NCBI GenBank assembly: GCA_945907065.1 | Contig: CAMDSC010000002.1 | Span: 96,803-160,802 of the forward strand | From: Chitinophaga pinensis | Lineage (GTDB): Bacteria; Bacteroidota; Bacteroidia; NS11-12g; UBA9320 | DNA length: 64,000 nucleotides | Direction: 5' to 3' | Part shown: positions 63,133 through 64,000 of the stretch, one piece after another | Numbering within the stretch: position 1 is the stretch's first letter | Layout of the letters: every line of letters begins with the position of its first letter | Translations under genes and position numbers: made by a program | The notes under the pieces: generated by a model | Databases searched by the model: none | What the model was told of the DNA's origin: nothing | What the model saw: only the letters and a program-made list of their open reading frames with translations

Positions 63133-64000
63133 TTATTTCACCTCTTCAAAATCAACATCTTGGGCAGTATCATTTCCTGCATTTGCATTGGCTGTCTCAG
63201 GCTCACCACCTTCAGTTGGATTAGCCTGCCCTTGCTGCTGTTGAGCATTATACAAATCCTGAGAAGCTGCTTCCCAAGCTTTATTTAAAGTTTCGGTTGC
63301 TGAATCTAATTCGGCTATGTTTCTATCCTGATGTGCTTTTTTCAAAGCGTCTTTGGCTTCAACAATGGCTGTTTTTTTATCCTCAGGTATTTTATCACCG
63401 AACTCGGTCAATTGTTTCTCAGTTTGAAAAACCAATGAATCAGCAGCATTCAATTTTTCTATTTCTTCTTTAGCTGCTTTGTCAGAATCTGCATTCATTT
63501 CGGCTTCCCGTTTCATTCTTTCTATTTCATCCTTGCTCAATCCTGAAGAGGCTTCAATACGAATTTTTTGTTCTTTACCCGTTCCCTGATCCTTAGCACT
63601 CACATTTAATATTCCATTTGCATCAATATCGAATGTTACTTCAATTTTTGGCAAACCGCGTGGTGCCGGTGGAATCCCATCCAAATGAAATTTCCCAATA
63701 GTTTTATTATCACGTGCCATTGAGCGTTCTCCCTGTATTACATGTATTTCTACAGATGGTTGACTATCACTTGCTGTGCTAAAAACCTCGCTCTTTTTGG
63801 TTGGAATGGTAGTATTAGAATCAATTAATCGGGTCATTACACCACCCATAGTTTCAATTCCTAATGATAATGGGGTAACATCCAAAAGCAATACATCTTT
63901 TACTTCCCCGGTTAAAACTGCACCTTGAATAGCAGCCCCAATTGCTACTACTTCATCAGGATTCACACCTTTAGAAGGCTCTTTCCCAAAAAAATCTTTA
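63133..64000 (-). CDS. dnaK: Chaperone DnaK, 3' part; begins outside the window
   Basis: [44 protein letters not shown]. Confidence 0.98.
   Translation of the reverse strand, partial: KDFFGKEPSKGVNPDEVVAIGAAIQGAVLTGEVKDVLLLDVTPLSLGIETMGGVMTRLIDSNTTIPTKKSEVFSTASDSQPSVEIHVIQGERSMARDNKTIGKFHLDGIPPAPRGLPKIEVTFDIDANGILNVSAKDQGTGKEQKIRIEASSGLSKDEIERMKREAEMNADSDKAAKEEIEKLNAADSLVFQTEKQLTEFGDKIPEDKKTAIVEAKDALKKAHQDRNIAELDSATETLNKAWEAASQDLYNAQQQQGQANPTEGGEPETANANAGNDTAQDVDFEEVK

Overview
AT-rich (roughly one-third GC by eye) chromosomal segment from a member of the Bacteroidota. This assignment rests on T9SS C-terminal domains, TAnnTTTG promoters, no Shine-Dalgarno motifs and Bacteroidota-type gene order. 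Most of it is housekeeping: anmK, polA, lpxH, prfA, proS, purH, mreBCD-mrdA-rodA, dnaE, recG, tamB, tsaD, crcB, hemW, recX, dcd, groES/EL, gpsA and partial dnaK. It also carries three probable T9SS cargo proteins, a TonB-dependent receptor and several hypotheticals. I saw no rRNA, tRNA, CRISPR array, integrase or transposase. Four things stand out. (1) A Cys-rich, signal-bearing small ORF ending in WQPP lies directly upstream of a TonB-dependent receptor and looks like a metal-sensing ribosome-arrest leader. (2) The intergenic spaces hold several families of REP/REPIN-like palindromes and heptamer-repeat hairpins; one pair brackets a lone cargo gene and several supply start or stop codons to host genes. 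(3) Sigma54-type promoters precede groES and two secreted-protein genes. (4) A GNAT gene is broken by a single in-frame TGA. All family assignments come from motif recognition by eye, not from database searches.
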